From Eledone cirrhosa (Eukaryota): a stretch of 64,000 nt of DNA. The notes under the pieces were generated by a model. The model was not told where the DNA came from and searched no databases. It saw only the letters and a program-made list of their open reading frames with translations. Of this stretch, positions 26,496 through 39,920 are shown in pieces. How positions within the stretch are numbered: position 1 is the stretch's first letter; each line of letters begins with the position of its first letter. A program made the translations under genes and the position numbers. The stretch covers positions 12,400,001 to 12,464,000 of the forward strand of contig OZ024759.1 in assembly GCA_964016885.1 (NCBI GenBank), read 5' to 3'.

Positions 26496-26667
26496 CCCTT
26501 TAGCATTTACATTACTATTATATTTTCATGGTAAAGGCTTTATCTCACATAATATGGAATCTTGGAGATTTTGAGAACAATACCTTAATGTCAGTATGAG
26601 TGGCCGGTTAAAACAGAAAGAGGAGAGAGACTTCTGACCAGATATGGCTGGTTTAAATGTTAAAGAG
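26496..26667 (+). mobile_element. TTAA MITE inserted into a SINE (26392-26770, minus)
   Basis: TTAA flanks; SINE sequence resumes on both sides. Confidence 0.75.
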
Positions 26668-27014
26668 TTAAGGATAAAAAGTAAAGTTGACCTACATGGT
26701 ATTTAAACTCAGAATGTGGAGAGTCGGAACAAATGCTGCAAAGCATTCTGTTAGGCACTCTACTGCTTTTGTTAAAGTAAATTTTTTTAATATATTTGTT
26801 TTACAAGATTCTTGATATGAAACCATGTCTTGAAACAGATACTGTTATACTTAGAGAGGGTCATCATCATCATTTAAGGTCCATTTTTCCACACTAGCAT
26901 GGGTTAGACAAGTTCTCCTGTTGTGAGAAATGCCAGGTCAGGTAACCATTACTTACTCATACAGAACTGATTTTGGCTTGGTTTCTACAGCTGGATGCCC
27001 TTCCTAACACCAAC

Positions 27015-27565
27015 CGCATTCACAGTGAGTACTGGGTGCTTTTCGTTATGATTCCTACATGACTCCTTTACAGTGTGGGCTGGGTCCTTTTCGTCATGAT
27101 TCCTACATGACCCCTTTATAGTGTGGGCTGGGTGCTTTTTGTCATGACACCTACATGACCACTTTACAGTGTGGGCTGGGTGCTTTTTGTCATGACACCT
27201 ACATGACCCCTTTACAGTGTGGGCTGGGTGCTTTTCATTATGATTCCTACATGACCCCTTTATAGTGTGGGCTGGGTACTTTTTGTCATGACACCTACAT
27301 GACCACTTTACAGTGTGGGCTGAGTGCTTTTCATTATGATTCCTACATGACTCCTTTACAGTGTGGGCTGGGTCCTTTTCGTTATGATTCCTACATGACT
27401 CCTTTACAGTGTGGGCTGGGTGCTTTTCGTCATGACACCTACATGACCACTTTACAGTGTGGGCTGGGTGCTTTTTGTCATGACACCTACATGACCCCTT
27501 TACAGTGTGGGCTGGGTGCTTTTTGTTGTGTTGCCATCACAACCACTTTACTGTGTAGATTGGGG
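27015..27565. repeat. about 48-bp tandem expansion of a dispersed-repeat segment
   Basis: ctttacagtgtgggctgggtgctttttgtcatgacacctacatgacc. Confidence 0.85.
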
Positions 27566-27819
27566 AGGTAGGTATTTAGGCTTGTATGAGGAATGAAGTG
27601 TTAGGACATAGGAGGTATAAAACACACAGAGAACACAGAATGTTTACATACATTTAATAAAAGTTGTATTTCATCATAACTGTTTTATGTCAGTGATCCA
27701 TGTTGGCATGGGTTGGACAGGTTGTCCTGTTCTGAGACTTAACAAGTCAGATGACCAGATCTTGCTCATACATTCCATTTGAGCAACATTTTCTACAGCT
27801 GTATGTCCTTCCTAACACC

Positions 27820-28899
27820 AACAACTTTACAGTGTGTACTGGGTATATTTTATTGTGACACCAGCACTAACACTTTACAGTGTGTACTGGGTATATTTTA
27901 TTGTGACACCAGCACTAACACTTTACAGTGTGTACTGGGTATATTTTATTGACACCAGCACTACCACTTTACAGTGTGGACTGGGTATATTTTATTGTGA
28001 CACCAGCACTACCACTTTACAGTGTGGACTGGGTATATTTTATTGTGACACCAGCACTAACACTTTACAGTGTGTACTGGGTATATTTTATTGTGACACC
28101 AGCACTAACACTTTACAGTGTGTACTGGGTATATTTTATTGTGACACCAGCACTAACACTTTACAGTGTGTACTGGGTATATTTTATTGTGACACCAGCA
28201 CTATAACTTTACAGTGTGTACTGGGTATATTTTATTGTGACACCAGCACTAACACTTTACAGAGTGAATTGGGTATATTTTATTGTGACACCAGCACTAA
28301 CACTTTACAGTGTGTACTGGGTATATTTTATTGTGACACCAGCACTATAACTTTACAGTGTGTACTGGGTATATTTTATTGTGACACCAGCACTATAACT
28401 TTACAGAGTGAATTGGGTATATTTTATTGTGACACCAGCACTAACACTTTACAGTGTGTACTGGGTATATTTTATTGTGACACCAGCACTATAACTTTAC
28501 AGTGTGTACTGGGTATATTTTATTGTGACACCAGCACTATAACTTTACAGTGTGTACTGGGTATATTTTATTGTGACACCAGCACTAACACTTTACAGAG
28601 TGAATTGGGTATATTTTATTGTGACACCAGCACTAACACTTTACAGTGTGTACTGGGTATATTTTATTGTGACACCAGCACTATAACTTTACAGTGTGTA
28701 CTGGGTATATTTTATTGTGACACCAGCACTATAACTTTACAGAGTGAATTGGGTATATTTTATTGTGACACCAGCACTAACACTTTACAGTGTGTACTGG
28801 GTATATTTTATTGTGACACCAGCACTATAACTTTACAGTGTGTACTGGGTATATTTTATTGTGACACCAGCACTATAACTTTACAGAGTGAATTGGGTG
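27820..28899. repeat. 48-bp minisatellite starting about 40 bp from a TMEM39 splice donor
   Basis: ctttacagtgtgtactgggtatattttattgtgacaccagcactaaca. Confidence 0.9.
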
Positions 28900-28936
28900 G
28901 ATGTAAATTATAATATTTAAAAATCAAAGAACTTAC

Positions 28937-29057
28937 ATAAAACCGACTGTGCATACTATTACCAGGTTCAGCAGTAATATTAATACCTTCAGCTCGGAAC
29001 AGACCTCGGACATGTTTAACTAACACCCCAGGGGGCCACACCTGGAGTTCAGACCAC
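28937..29057 (-). CDS. TMEM39A: TMEM39 coding exon
   Basis: (P)WSELQVWPPGVLVKHVRGLFRAEGINITAEPGNSMHSRFY resembles TMEM39 (WSENTIWPQGVLVRH...HARFY). Acceptor ttttccAG completes the split Pro codon; donor TAT|GTAAGT; 121 nt. Confidence 0.93.
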
Positions 29058-29589
29058 CTGGAAAAGAGAGAAAGGAACATTAAAATTTACAGCTCACACC
29101 TCTGTAGGTTTAACTGGACTCTTTCAAGGTTGTATCTGAAAGGAGGTTTCTTGGTTGTTTTAATAATTGTTTCTACGTTTGGCACAGAGCCAGCAATTAC
29201 CCAGTGCATTACTGGTAGTTTGGGGGCCCAGTCCTATTGCTGCTGTTTCAGTTCACACCCGTGTAAGTTTAGCTGTGTGTCTTATAGGAGGTTTCTTGGG
29301 TGTTTTAATGACAAGGACCTCAGTCCTACCATGAAAAGCAATGTAAAAAGAAGTGTCTTGCTGAAGAACACAACAAACAGAAGTTGAACCCATGGACTTA
29401 AGATTGTGAGTTCAACAGTTCATAGGATGAAGAAAATATATTAATTTTTAACTTAATTCTTTCAATACCAACCCACCTGAGTCCAACCATGACTCTATTA
29501 TATAGAATCACTCATTTCAAATTGTTTATATAAGAACCTTTGTTAAGTTACATTCCTAAATCCATCTAAATTTTTGGAAATCATACACA

Positions 29590-29968
29590 CTATCTTTCGT
29601 TAGAAATATAGTAATGGAAGGGTTAATAACATAGACAGTATCTTTCGTTAGAAATATAGTAATGAAAAGGTTAATGACATAGACAGTGTCTTTCATTAGA
29701 AATATGGTAATGGAAGGGTTAATGACATAGACAGTCTCTTTCATTACAAATATGGCAATGAAAGGGTTAATGACATAGACAGTGTATTTCATTAGAAATA
29801 TAGTAATGGAAGTGTTAATGACATAGACAGTGTCTTTCATTAGAAATATGGTAATAAAAGAGTTAATGACATAGACAGTGTCTTTCATTAGAAATATGGT
29901 AATGAAAGGGTTAATGACATAGACAGTGTCTCTCATTAGAAATATGGTAATGAAAGGGTTAATGACAG
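29590..29968 (-). repeat. 48-bp array from a TTAACCCTTTC element end; inverted sister array at 39180-39920
   Basis: ttaaccctttcattaccatatttctaatgaaagacactgtctatgtca. Confidence 0.85.
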
Positions 29969-29970
29969 AC

Positions 29971-30569
29971 CAGTGGTTGCCAACCTTTCTAAAACCGAGG
30001 AACCCTCTAAATATTTTGAATTCTTCACGGAACCTATACAATACAAAACTTTAAAAAAAAAAGTAATAAAGTATTTATTTATTTTAGTAAGCTTACGTTG
30101 TGAGAACAGCGAACTGACCCTGTCTCTCGGCTGAGAGACCTCGCTGAACTGAAGTTTTCACTTTAAAGTTATGTTGTCATCGACCAACATTTACTTGTTC
30201 GTGATTGGTCAATTTCTAAGTTCAATTAGTGTATTATCAGTAGTAGTCAAACGCTCGGAATTCAGAAAACTATGTCTTTCCAAGAATTGATGCGAAATTG
30301 AAAGTATTCAATTTTCACGAATCTCAGAACAGTGTTTTTCTGCTAATTCAAGTGAGAAACTGAAAGTAGTGTTTTCCACGAATTGGAGTGGAGAACCTGT
30401 GTACACTACAATAGTACTCGTTCATTTATACATTGCACCTTTGGCATTTTCTTTGCACCTTTTTCAGAAAACCCAAAATATTAATGGTAATGTAAATATT
30501 TTTTTAAGGAACCCGGAGTTTGTTTTACGGCACCCCAAGGTTCCGCGGAACCCATGTTGGCGACCACTG
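29971..30569. mobile_element. hAT-like non-autonomous DNA transposon
   Basis: TIRs CAGTGGTTGCCAAC / GTTGGCGACCACTG; inserted in the 48-bp repeat, with a degenerate acatagac duplication. Confidence 0.7.
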
Positions 30570-30625
30570 ACATAGACAATGTCTTTCATTAGAAATATGA
30601 TGAGAAAATGGTTAAATATACGTAC

Positions 30626-30810
30626 GGGTTGTATGGTACATGTGCATGCCGTCCTTCAACTTTCTGCCAGCGTCCTAAATGGAGGGCACATTTGTGTAGG
30701 AGATCAAGGTATTGAGGAGGAAGAAAGTGGACAATAAGCAGAAGAAATGCACTCAACCATGCCAAACAGACATGTTGGCCCACCCAATATGTATCGTAAT
30801 ATAAAGTATT
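30626..30810 (-). CDS. TMEM39A: TMEM39 coding exon
   Basis: NTLYYDTYWVGQHVCLAWLSAFLLLIVHFLPPQYLDLLHKCALHLGRWQKVEGRHAHVPYN resembles TMEM39 (YCDLLHKSAAHLGKWQKLE). Acceptor ttcattacAG is phase 0 and donor CC|GTACGT is phase 2; 185 nt. Confidence 0.93.
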
Positions 30811-31174
30811 CTGTAATGAAATAAGAAAAAACAGAAAAATAGTCATGTGTTAGAATAATTATAATGGTTTTTGATTTAAACACAAAGCCAATAATTTTGG
30901 GGAGAGGGGAAAGTCGATAAAATCGATCCCAGTGCATTACTGGTACTTTATTTTATCGACCTCTGTAAGGATGAAAGGCAAAGCTAACCTCGGTGGGATT
31001 AGAACTCAGAACTTAAAGGGACGTAACTCTATACCACAAGGCATGTTGTCCGACGCTCTACCAATTCTGATAATCCACAATAATAATTCATGTTACAACA
31101 TATAAGATGTAAAACTGTTGTTGAACTCTTAACATCCTGCAACTCAGTAAATATCGAAAAATGGATTTGTTAAT

Positions 31175-31640
31175 TCAAATATTTATAGTAACTTTACTAG
31201 TGGACAGATTGTTGTGAAAATTTGCTGATTTAGTGTAAAGACTGATATTTAATGTGATAGTTATAGTGTTGTTTTGTTCTAAATATTTATAGTATCTTTA
31301 CTAGTGGACAGATTGTTGTGAAAATTTGCTGATTTAATGTGATACAGTCATAGCGGTTTTGTTCTAAATATTTATAGTAACTTTACTAGTGGACAGATTG
31401 TTGTGAAAGTTTACTGATTTAGTGTAAAGACTGATATTTAATGTGATACAGTCATAGTGTTGTTTTGTTCTAAATATTTATAGTAACTTTACTAGTGGAC
31501 AGATTGTTGTGAAAATTTGATGATTTAGTGTAAAGACTGATATTTAATGTGATACAGTCATAGTGTTGTTTTGTTCTAAATATTTATAGTAACTTTACTA
31601 GTGGACAGATTGTTGTGAAAGTTTGCAGTATTTGAGTAAA
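31175..31640. repeat. about 99-bp tandem repeat
   Basis: aaatatttatagtaactttactagtggacagattgttgtgaaaa...; further copies at 31890-32080 and an inverted one near 63820-63865. Confidence 0.75.
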
Positions 31641-32179
31641 AACTTTAATATTTAATTGTTTCTACTTTTGGCACAAGGCCAGCAATTACCCAGTGCATTA
31701 CTGGTACTTTATTTTATGGACCCAGTAAGGGTGAAAGGCAAAGTTAACCTTGGCAGGATTTGAACTCAGAATGGCAAGGGCCATAACTATGCGTCAAAGC
31801 ATGGTGTCCGACCCTCTACCGATACTACCAATCCACCGCACCTTAAAAACTTTAATATTTAATGTGATGTAGTCATAATGTTGTTTTGTACTAAATGTTT
31901 CTAGTATCTTTACTGGTGGACAGATTGTTGTGAAAATTTGTAGCATTTGAGTAAAGACTTTAATATATAAAATCTTAACCTGTAATGATTTAGCATAAAA
32001 TATCTGAAAACTGGTTTGTTAATTCAAATATTTACTGTATCATTTCTTGTGGACAGATTGTTGTGAAAATGTGCAGTATTAAAGTAAAGACTATAATGTG
32101 ACTTAGTTATAATGTTGCATTTTAATTAAACGTTTTAAAGTATAAATTAGTTCAGTGCAGCTGTGAGATGGTCTAAACC

Positions 32180-32670
32180 CATTATTTACAAATATTCTAT
32201 TATCGTTATCAATGTTTAAACACATGCACTCAGTTTTTGTGAAGTTTAGTTCCAGTCTAACAATGTGTGCTTCATATATTATGTGATTTAAATGATCTTG
32301 AGCTTTCTGTATTGAAGGCACAATCAATATGTCATCTGAAAATGCCAGGTTTGATAACTTGATACCAGATGTGATCTCAATGATGTCTTCAGGATGGGTT
32401 GCTGCTTTTAGAATGTGGTAGATAATGATGACATATATATATAGTGCTAAAGTATCTCCTTGTAATACGACTTTCGTTATATTAAATTTGGGGGATTGTT
32501 TTCCACAGCTGTTTGATTAACATATAGGCATTCAATTGCAGCAATGATATTCTCTAGGAGGCTGGTGCTTTGCAAGGTTTTAAAGATTTCAGTTCTGTCC
32601 ACACTGTCAAAAGTCTCTTGGAAATCAATGAATACAGTAACTTCTGGAAGGCACCATTCTTCATGCATTT
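32180..32670 (-). pseudogene. decayed LINE reverse transcriptase fragment
   Basis: VFIDFQETFDSVDR..IF..L, VLQGDTLA, LAFSDDI, LELNFTKTECM. Confidence 0.6.
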
Positions 32671-34485
32671 ATGTTTTACACTTTTCAAGAATGTCTTGTT
32701 AATGTGGTTTTTTATGGCTTAATGTGGCTGTTTTACACTTTTTAAGAATGTCTTGTTAATGTGGTTTTTTATACTTTTCAAGAATGTCTTGTTAATGTGG
32801 TTTTTTATGGCTTAATGTGGCTGTTTTACACTTTTCAAGAATGTCTTGTTAATGTGGGTTTTTATGGCTTAATGTGACTGTTTTACACTTTTCAAGAATG
32901 TCTTGTTAATGTGGTTTTTTATACTTTTCAAGAATGTCTTGTTAATGTGGTTTCAAGTGGATGTTAAGAGTTAAAAGAGAAACTATGTGATCAGATGGTG
33001 AGTTGGAAGAGATGTTAAAGTGTTAGAATATCTCACAGGTATTTCTTTTGGCTCTCTACACTGAGTTCAACCTTACATTTCACCCATTTGGGGGTTGATT
33101 GGGGCTGTTGATATCTCAAATTGGTAGGGAGCTCACTTACCACTCATGTAAGATTTTGCCCTTTACAGAGTGCACAGGGTGCATTTTATCATATCACCAG
33201 CACTAGGGAGGTTGTTGTGCCTTTGACACAGCTGAAGAGGTCCTCCCAACCTTATATTTCATAGGTTTTCTACAGCTGGTCTGACAATTCTACCAGTCAT
33301 ACATTCATGAATTAGTGGTAGATTTAGGGTAGACACGGCTGCAACTAGTGGATCCACAACATTTAAAGTCTGTCTCGGGCTAGGAGACTCATCAGCCTGG
33401 TCCTTATTCCGGTTTCTGTGGCATGAAGCAACTGAGAGTACAAGACTCTCCCCTGGACAGGGCGCCAGTCCACTACAGGGTTAAACCCTTCAGCCATTGC
33501 TGGTACTCAGCTTAGTATTCAGCAGCCACATGAAATGAAGTGTTTTTCTAAAGAACATAACACACAACTTAGTCTAGGAATCAAACTCCTGACATTATTT
33601 AAAAGACACTGATAAAATGTTCAGCTAGGACCCCCTCCCCAATATCTAAAGAGATCTGAATTAATTTTTAAATTTTATTTGCTACCCTAAATAATACATA
33701 AGGGGTTCCCATGCAAGCTTAATCCACCTCTGCCTTGGGTAAAGACCCCCTTTGGTCATGAATGACCATGGGATTTACACCTAGAAAGTTCCCCTCCGAG
33801 GCACAAGTCCAGGCAAGTTTGTTTGTGTAAGCCCAGCAGTCGCCCATGCATACCAGCCATCCCACTCCATGCCACCAATGTTCTCCAAGGGAAAGGCAAT
33901 GGCTGATACAGCTTGGCACCAGTGACATCGCAACTCATTTCTACAGCTGAGTGAACTGGAGCAATGTGAAATAAAGTGTCTTGCTCAAGAACACAACGTA
34001 AAGCCCGGTCCAAGAATAGGAGTCACAACCTCATGATTGTAAACTCAGCGCTCTAACCATTAAGCCATGCACCTTGGACAGGGTGGTTTAATTTATCAAC
34101 CCCTTCCCCAAAACAATGAATGGTAACAAGGTGTGTCCAATGAAATTTAAACTCAAAATGTTGAGATATTTTAACCAGACACCAAAAAGACTCCCTGCAA
34201 AATTCCCAAAATGGAATTAAATTAAAAAAGAAATACATTAAAAAAAATTTTTTGGGGACAAAATCAGAAGAATTAAATTTTTGAATGACTGAAAATACAG
34301 TTTATCCTGTGAACAAATATATTTATTGGAATGAAATATCTGAGAATTGTATTTTAAAACAATAGCAACAATGACAACAAAAGGGTGGGTTTGAAAGATG
34401 TTGACAAAATATTTAAATATTGGTAACAAGGCAACAATAATAGCAAACATATTTAGGATATATATTTACACACACACACACACAC

Positions 34486-34565
<80 letters not shown>

Positions 34566-34661
34566 CAATACAGGGCCTTTTCACGCCTACCGGAGGAACC
34601 CCTCCCTGGTTGACCTTCACCGTTCTGTTTTGGTCATGTCATATATATACATATATATATG

Positions 34662-35330
34662 TATCCAAGGAGTGTAATGTGAAGTCACTGTAGGTTCCCC
34701 AGGTGAGCACTCAATGTTTAGATTCACGTCAGTATCAAGGTGTAGAGTTAAACAGGGTGGAATATAATAATACAAGGACGATTTGTTAACCCTTTAATGT
34801 TCAAACCGGCCAAGACCGGCCAGAATTTTCAACCTTTTTCTATTGAAACTGGCTGTAACTGGTCACTCATACTGATGTTAAGGTATTGTTCTCAAAATAA
34901 ATACTTTCAAAATCTCATAGATTCGATATTATGTGAGATAAAGCATTTACCATGAAAATATAATAGTATATATATAGAGTAATGTAAATGCTAAAGGGTT
35001 AAGCCTTCATTACGTTTATTGATTGGTGAATCATGTTTTGCTATTGATCAGCTCAAGGTTCGATCTGTATTGATCTGGCCTGACTCTGGAATCAAAAGCT
35101 CGTTGGACCTCTGCTGTTGTAATGACAGAATGAACATATAAAGTTACAGACATTTCTACGCTTTATATGTTCATTCTGTCATTACCACAACAGAGGTCCA
35201 ACGAGCTTTTGATTCCAGAGTCAGGCCAGATCAATACAGATCGAACCTTGAGCTGATCAATAGCAAAAAATGATTCACCAATCAATAAACATAATGAAGG
35301 CTTAACAAATCGTCCTTGTATTATTATTAT
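34662..35330. mobile_element. family C fold-back element (arms about 34764-35143 / 35161-35327); left arm interrupted by a TTAA MITE
   Basis: Arms are reverse complements once 34790-35002 is removed. Homologous to 13420-13560 and 13810-13848. Confidence 0.65.
34790..34998 (-). mobile_element. TTAA-specific (piggyBac-like) MITE, about 200 bp
   Basis: TTAA|CCCTTT...AAAGGG|TTAA. The empty site (single TTAA) is visible in the opposite arm of the fold-back. Confidence 0.85.
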
Positions 35331-35954
35331 TATATATAGTGTCTGTGTGTATATATGTATATATATATATATTAATCTGTTATTTTAATAAATATATATA
35401 TGTATATATATATATAGTATGTGTGTATATATGTATAATAATAATAATAATAATGGGTGGCAGGAAATACTGAAACCAACAGAACAGAATGAAAATCAAA
35501 TCAAAACAAAATTAACAATATAATCAATGAGAATGAATCAATCACAGAAGGATAACAAATTAAATAAAGCAACACAAGTGTCTACAGACAGACAGGTTGG
35601 TGGTGGTGGTGGTGGTCATGGATGGAGATACAATAAAATAAATGAAGAACCACAACAGAAGAGAGAGAGAAAGAGAGAGAGAGGCAATACTGCTGCAAAC
35701 TAAAAAAAAAAAAAATAAAAGAAAAAAGAAAAAATATTACAAAAATGAATATTTTTATTATAAATTAAAGTATAATAAAAAAAAAATAATAAAAAGGGGT
35801 TACACAGAAAATAAAAATGACATATAAATTGGTCCCAGCCCCTCACCCCCCAGACAAACTGTGGGGGAGATTAAATATATCACATTTTTAAAGGTGGGGC
35901 AGGGAATAGTCAATATTTGAAATAATTTTAAAAATCAATGCCAACCGCTACCAC

Positions 35955-36328
35955 ATATATGTGTGTATGTATGTGTGTGTATAAATGTGTGTGTGTGTCT
36001 GTATAAATATATATGTGTGTGTATCTGTATAAATATATATGTGTGTGTATCTGTATAAATATATATGTGTGTGTATCTGTATAAATATGTGTGTGTGTAT
36101 CTGTATAAATATGTGTGTGTGTATCTGTATAAATATATATGTGTGTGTATCTGTATAAATATGTGTGTGTGTATCTGTATAAATATATATGTGTGTGTAT
36201 CTGTATAAATATATGTGTGTGTGTATCTGTATAAATATATATGTGTGTGTATCTGTATAAATATATATGTGTGTGTATCTGTATAAATATATGTGTGTGT
36301 GTATCTGTATAAATATATATGTGTGTGT
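35955..36328. repeat. about 28-bp minisatellite
   Basis: gtatctgtataaatatatatgtgtgt. Confidence 0.85.
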
Positions 36329-37591
36329 TTGTACAATAAAAACAGAAGTCAGGTGTAGCTAGAGAATTCATTGTTTTACAATCGTTTCAGAGGGTCAATT
36401 GAACGGTGTAGGTTGATATATTGACCAACATGATAGTGGTTAGGTTACTACCTATTACTAGTTTAGTAAGCACTATCACTTTTAAACAAGATTGCCACTT
36501 TAGGAAGATGGAGATGTTGAACAAGTGTTCCAATGGTTCGAAAAATACATCAGAAGGCGTAGTTTAGGTTATATACCAAATAATTTATTTTTAATTGGTT
36601 TGAACACGTGTACAAAGTGTATGCAGCAAGGTTTTCTCTGTGAAGATGTCAGTGAAATAAATGTTTTTTAGTAGGCTAAAAATGTAGCAAGACAGGCATT
36701 CATTTACCCTTACTAACTATCTCTATTAAAGTTGGTAAAATGTCCAAAGCTGGTTGTAATAATAATAATGTAATTATTGTGTACAGTGCTCAGGTGCACT
36801 ACAACTCATCAAAGGTGCATGTATAGTACATAGAATAATGTACAAATGTCAGGAAAATGAACAGTGTACGAGTCATGATATAATAATAATAACAATAATG
36901 AAATATTGTGTACAGTGCCCAGGTGCACCACAACTCATCAAAAAAGTGCATGTACAGTACATAGGGCAATGCACAAACATCAGTAAGAATGATAATTGTT
37001 TCTACTTTTGGCACAAGGCCAGCAATTACCCAATGCATTACTGGTATTTTATTCTATCGACCCCGGAAGGATGAAAGGCAAAGTTAAAATGTTTCATCCG
37101 TAAGGGATTAAAATATTTGGTAAAATAAGTTGACAGATAAACGGTAAAACCCTGAAAGACCGTCTAACAAACTACTCTCAATGTTGGAGATAAAAATCAA
37201 AACAGTGGGAAAGCGAGTTATGAGCTGTCGTACGACCAATGTCTAAAACGACACTCTAAGCTAGTCTTGAAAAAGGCGCGTTCTACTGCTGGGCAGATGT
37301 GGTTAGTTGTATTCATACATTACTAACCCTACAGTGCTGGCGACTGACCAAGCATGACTAAATTACACCACAGCGATAAAATAGTACTATCATGTCTCGC
37401 TACACTAGTCTCAAAGTTTCTGTTCAATTGGCCATCCTCCTCACATTGAACAGGAACATCAATACTAAACCACTACCATGCTGCTCGATATACCAACCTC
37501 CACCGTTCAATTGACCCTTTGAAACTATTGTAAATCAATGAACTCTCTACCTATACCTGACTTCTGTTTTTATTGTACAAACACACACATA
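36319..37591. mobile_element. fold-back element H, about 120-bp diverged inverted arms around an about 1-kb interior with nested repeat fragments
   Basis: tgtttgtacaataaaaacagaagtcagg... versus ...cctgacttctgtttttattgtacaaaca. The arms contain a GAAAC..TTG-TA hammerhead-like 3' half. Confidence 0.5.
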
Positions 37592-37849
37592 TATCTTTTA
37601 GCTTCAGTACAAATACAGACATTCACATGTTTGTGTTAGTATATGTATGTGTGTATGTATTGCAATTGTGAGAGAAAGTGTTTGTAGATGTGGACTAATA
37701 AAACATAACTATGCTGTAGTGCACCTGACCACTGAACACAAGAATTTTCATTATTATCATCTACAGTCCCACAGCACAAAAATAAAAAAAGTTTAATGAA
37801 AAATAGACCAAAATCTAATATAAACCAAATAAAATTGAACCCACAATTT

Positions 37850-38780
37850 ACACTGTCACAGAAGACAGAAAATATTGAACCCACAATTTAAACTTCACAG
37901 GTGATAGAAAATAGAATTTGTCCCACAATTTAGACTTCACAGGTGATAGAAAATAGAATTTGTTCGACAATTAAGACTTCACAGGTGATAGAAAATATAA
38001 TTGAACCCACAATTTAAACTTCACAGGTGATAGAAAATAGAATTTGTCCCACAATTTAGACTGTCACAGGTGATAGAAAATAGAATTTGTCCCACAATTT
38101 AGACTTCACAGGTGATAGAAAATAGAATTTGTTCGACAATTTAGACTTCACAGGTGATAGAAAATATAATTGAACCCACAATTTAAACTTCACAGGTGAT
38201 AGAAAATAGAATTTGTCCCACAATTTAGACTGTCACAGGTGATAGAAAATAGAATTTGTCCCACAATTTAGACTGTCACAGGTGATAGAAAATAGAATTT
38301 GTCCCACAATTTAGACTGTCACAGGTGATAGAAAATAGAATTTGTCCCACAATTTAGACTGTCACAGGTGATAGAAAATAGAATTTGTCCCACAATTTAG
38401 ACTTCACAGGTGATAGAAAATAGAATTTGTCCCACAATTTAGACTTCACAGGTGATAGAAAATAGAATTTGTCCCACAATTTAGACTTCACAGGTGATAG
38501 AAAATAGAATTTGTCCCACAATTTAGACTTCACAGGTGATAGAAAATATAATTTGTCCCACAATTTAGACTTCACAGGTGATAGAAAATAGAATTTGTCC
38601 CACAATTTAGACTTCACAGGTGATAGAAAATAGAATTTGTCCCACAATTTAGACTTCACAGGTGATAGAAAATATAATTTGTCCCACAATTTAGACTTCA
38701 CAGGTGATAGAAAATAGAATTTGTCCCACAATTTAGACTTCACAGGTGATAGAAAATAGAATTTGTCCCACAATTTAGAC
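37850..38780. repeat. 42-bp minisatellite
   Basis: cacaggtgatagaaaatagaatttgtcccacaatttagactt. Confidence 0.9.
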
Positions 38781-39179
38781 ATCATCATCATCATTCAATG
38801 TCCATTTTCCCTACTAGCAAGTCAGTACTCAAGCAGGGCTACTGACTTCCCAGACAGGCCGAGGTGCCTACATCCTGCTTACATACAGTCACACGTTATA
38901 TCGAGTGCAGAGGAGAAATTGTCATGTCTTTTGGCACAAATTGAAAAGTTCTCCCAACCCTTTGTTTGGTAAGCCTTCTACAGCTGGATACCCTTCCTAA
39001 CACCAACCACTTTACAGTGTTTACTGGGTGCTTTATTGTGTAAACCAACACTAGGGAGGTTGTCATATCTTTGACACAACATAAAAATTAGACATTTTTC
39101 TTCCAAATGAAATTACATTTCTTATTTCTAACAATAAATGTTTTCTTTTAAATATGTTTTAATTCTAACTGCCAACATT

Positions 39180-39920
39180 CAACCCCCTCATTATATTTCT
39201 AATGAAAGACACTGCCTATGTCATTAACCCTTCCATTACCATATTTCTAATGAAAGACACTGACTATGACATTAACCCTTCCATTACCATATTTCTAATG
39301 AAAGACACTGTCTGTGTCATTAACCCTTTCATTCCCATATTTCTAATGAAAGACACTGTCTATGTCATTAACCCTTTCATTACCATATTTCTAATGAAAG
39401 ACACTGACTATGACATTAACCCTTCCATTACCATATTTCTAATGAAAGACACTGTCTATGTCATTAACCCTTTCATTACCATGTCTATGTCATTAACCCT
39501 TCCATTACCATATTTCTAATGAAAGACACTGTCTATGTCATTAACCCTTTCATTACCATATTTCTAATGAAAGACACTGTCTATGTCATTAACCCTTTCA
39601 GTACCATATTTCTAATGAAAGACACTGTCTATGTCATTAACCCTTTCATTACATATTTCTAATGAAAGACAGTGTCTATGTCATTAACCCTTTCATTACA
39701 TATTTCTAATGAAAGACACTGTCTATGTCATTAACCCTTTCATTTCATATTTCTAATGAAAGACACTGTCTATGTCATTAACCCTTTCAGTACCATATTT
39801 CTAATGAAAGACAATGTCTATGTTATTAACCCTTTCATTACCATATTTTTAATGAAAGACACTGTCTATGTCATTAACCCTTTCATTACCATATTTTTTA
39901 ATGAAAGACACTGCCTATGA
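39180..39920 (+). repeat. 48-bp array, same unit as 29590-29968 in opposite orientation
   Basis: Seen directly. Confidence 0.85.

Noticed and set aside
27834-28913. 359-aa Cys-rich repeat ORF (also 41184-42050 and 38354-38794)
   Set aside because: Minisatellite translations within TMEM39 introns; some of the units derive from known dispersed repeats.
33365-33400. Minus-strand CTGATGA followed by a gtctc/gagac stem
   Set aside because: No GAAA box after the stem and no helix I; at most a dead relic in a SINE tail.
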